Position numbers and translations under genes: made by a program. Shown in pieces: positions 61,716 to 64,000 of a stretch of 64,000 nt of DNA (its first letter is position 1; each line of letters begins with the position of its first letter). The stretch lies in assembly GCA_039815185.1 (NCBI GenBank), contig JBCBZT010000003.1, positions 64,001-128,000 on the forward strand. The letters run 5' to 3'. This stretch comes from Cyanobacteria bacterium P01_A01_bin.123 (GTDB lineage: Bacteria > Cyanobacteriota > Cyanobacteriia > Phormidesmidales > Phormidesmidaceae). The notes under the pieces are model-generated. The model saw only the letters and a list, made by a program, of their open reading frames with translations, ran no database searches and was not told where the DNA came from.

Positions 61716-61961
61716 ATGGATGAACAAAACGCTGCAGCAGAGACATCTAAACCCAGCCCAGCTTCAGATAAAGTTGAAATTGCTATTGAACTGGATGCTA
61801 AGTTACTGGATCAAATCAACCATCTCACCAGTAATCCGAGTAAGGTGATTGAGGTTGCCGTGCGTCAATGGTTAAGGGGCGGAACACGACGTGATGACGA
61901 CCTCTCTCGAACAATGCACCGAAATCCTCCGGTACCGCCTCGGGGCGAATGGAATGACTAA
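61716..61961 (+). CDS. Small conserved RHH-like protein
   Basis: KVEIAIELDAKLL..I..LT.NPSKVIE.A.RQWL, C-terminal VPPRGEWND. Confidence 0.65.
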   Translation: MDEQNAAAETSKPSPASDKVEIAIELDAKLLDQINHLTSNPSKVIEVAVRQWLRGGTRRDDDLSRTMHRNPPVPPRGEWND

Positions 61962-62262
61962 TTGGACTTCTAGGCAGCAACATTGTATTTGCGGGTTTTA
62001 CCTCAGGTTAATCAGCTTTGTGGCAAGAAATGTACGAGCATCTGTTACTGAAGTGCTGTTTTGGGTCACTTTAGAATAAGTAACAGCAGGGTTTGTACTC
62101 AGTCATGTTTTTACGATGACGTTTGGATTGGGGTGCGATGGTTAAAGGTTATTGCGAGAGTGCCATTGTGGGATCTAGCGCGTCCTCACCTTGGCAACTG
62201 TGGACATCCCCTGACCCCTATGCCCTAATTCCCTTAAGCCGGATACCATGGGCGTGATAAAC

Positions 62263-62320
62263 CACATCCGATTTGAAAACTTGAGTTTTTAGTTTGGGAA
62301 AAACTATGGATCTGGATGTG
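62263..62320 (+). repeat. ~58-bp dispersed element with CACATCC/GGATGTG termini
   Basis: Near-identical to 25708-25764. Confidence 0.9.
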
Positions 62321-62381
62321 ACCAAGGTTTACTTCTCTATGCATCTGACCTACTACGGCGACATTTCCGGTTCTTAGACGC

Positions 62382-64000
62382 ATGACACAGTCAGCCAGTG
62401 CTCAAACTTCCCGAAGCAATTTATCGTCCGCTGCTGCATCCTCCCATGCCATGACTGGGGCGATGACGTCTTACCCCGATAAATGGGGCAAGCTTTTGCT
62501 TCTCCACAGCGTAACGGGCGAAGTCTCACTGATTCAATGGCCCGGTGCCGAAGCCTTCCGGCTCAACTTGGCTGCAACGGGTAGTGCAATGGTCAATACC
62601 TTGATTGCAAACAAGGCTTTTCCTCGTTATTGGGAGAGTGTACAGCAAGTGTTAACCCAAGGGCGCATCCTGCAAGCAACGGTTCCCTTCCAGTTTGGCC
62701 CAACGCTGTTGACGTTTGACCTGTCGTTGCATCCTGTTTTGGGAGAATCTGGACAGCCAGAGCAGGTAATGGCAATCGGCCAACTGATTGCTTCAACTGA
62801 AAAGCCAGCTGGGTTACCCGAGATTGCTACACCCCTCAGCGTCTCAGCGGCTCCAGAGACCGCAGAAACTCTGGATGCCTCAAGCGAGGACATTTACCAT
62901 GACCAGTTGACTCAGATCACCTGGAATATCCGCCGTACTTTGGATTTAGACACTATTTGGCAACAGACCGCTACTGGTTTGGGTGCCATGCTTGGGGTGA
63001 GTCGCTGTTTGATCTGTTCCTATCGCGAGGAAACGGCTGCTGTAAAAGTAGAGGCAGAGTATAGCCAAACGGAAGCTGAACCGTTTTGGCTAGGGCAGCT
63101 ACTGCATACGACCCAACTTCCCTGTCTAGACCGCGCGATCGCCTGTTTGCAGCCCATTGCCGAAGACTTTGCCTCATTCTCTAAGGACGGCAACCCCGAC
63201 CTTGGCACAGCTTTAGCTATTGCCACTTGTTATCAAGACATGCCCAACGGGCTGATTGTACTTTATTCCGAGCAGCCCCATGAATGGACACCGTTAGAAA
63301 TTGATGCCATTGGCGAACTTGCGGATCAAGTCGGTACGGCGATCGCGCATGCCACTCTCTTTAGTGAAGGTCAGGCTCTAGCGGTTGAACTGCAACGAGC
63401 CAACGATAGCCTGATCCAAAAACACCGAGAACTCGAAGACGCTCGTCGACAAGCGGAAGATGCCCGTACCCAAGCCGAAGAAGCCTCTCGCCTCAAAAGC
63501 GAATTTCTGGCAAATACCTCCCATGAGTTGCGGACACCGCTCAACGGCATGATCGGCTTTCTAAAGCTGGTGCTTGACGGTATGGCTGATGATCCGGAAG
63601 AACAAGAGGATTTTATTCGAGAGGCCCATCAGTCGGCTCTGCATCTGCTCAATTTAATTAATGATGTGTTGGACATCGCCAAAATTGAAGCCGGTAAGAT
63701 GCAGATCGATATGGGGACTGTAGAACTCAAAGAGCTGTTTAGCAATGTTGAGAACTTTAGCCGTCCCCAGGCTGAGCAAAAGGGACTCGGCTACGAGATT
63801 TTGATGCCTGCAACGCGAGACGCGATTTTGCTTCAGGGTAATTATCAGCGCTTGCTTCAGGTGATGCTTAACCTCGTGGGCAATGGGATCAAATTCACCC
63901 ATGAGGGGGGGATCTCGATTAGTGCTGAGGTTAAACACCAAAAAGTGACTTTTCAAGGGCAAGAGTGGCCGGGCACAGTCAAAATCAGTGTGGCTGATAC
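62382..64000 (+). CDS. GAF-domain sensor histidine kinase, 3'-truncated by the window edge (missing from the ORF track)
   Basis: Frame from ATG 62382 is in phase with IRRTLDLDTIW (GAF), KSEFLANTSHELRTPLNG (H-box) and QVMLNLVGNGIKFT (N-box). Confidence 0.9.
   Translation, partial: MTQSASAQTSRSNLSSAAASSHAMTGAMTSYPDKWGKLLLLHSVTGEVSLIQWPGAEAFRLNLAATGSAMVNTLIANKAFPRYWESVQQVLTQGRILQATVPFQFGPTLLTFDLSLHPVLGESGQPEQVMAIGQLIASTEKPAGLPEIATPLSVSAAPETAETLDASSEDIYHDQLTQITWNIRRTLDLDTIWQQTATGLGAMLGVSRCLICSYREETAAVKVEAEYSQTEAEPFWLGQLLHTTQLPCLDRAIACLQPIAEDFASFSKDGNPDLGTALAIATCYQDMPNGLIVLYSEQPHEWTPLEIDAIGELADQVGTAIAHATLFSEGQALAVELQRANDSLIQKHRELEDARRQAEDARTQAEEASRLKSEFLANTSHELRTPLNGMIGFLKLVLDGMADDPEEQEDFIREAHQSALHLLNLINDVLDIAKIEAGKMQIDMGTVELKELFSNVENFSRPQAEQKGLGYEILMPATRDAILLQGNYQRLLQVMLNLVGNGIKFTHEGGISISAEVKHQKVTFQGQEWPGTVKISVAD

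Overview
Chromosomal segment of a filamentous cyanobacterium, inferred from frequent HIP1 octamers (GCGATCGC) and cyanobacterial-type pilA, mcdAB, ubiD and lepA. It holds a probable 6S-like RNA, a glycan-synthesis cluster with two O-ligase/O-OTase-like genes next to the major type IV pilin, housekeeping genes (xth, yciH, ubiD, purB, lepA), cell-wall enzymes, the carboxysome-positioning pair mcdAB, an AT-rich NACHT-like gene between two broken vapC genes, tandem DUF2330 genes behind an RnfD/NqrB-like gene, and several families of small dispersed palindromic repeats. The strongest unannotated signal is upstream of a short DAHP synthase (aroF): a sigma70-type promoter followed by two consecutive Phe/Tyr/Trp-rich leader peptides, each with its own antiterminator and intrinsic terminator, i.e. 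a tandem ribosome-mediated attenuator. All functional calls come from motif recognition by eye; no database search or folding program was run.
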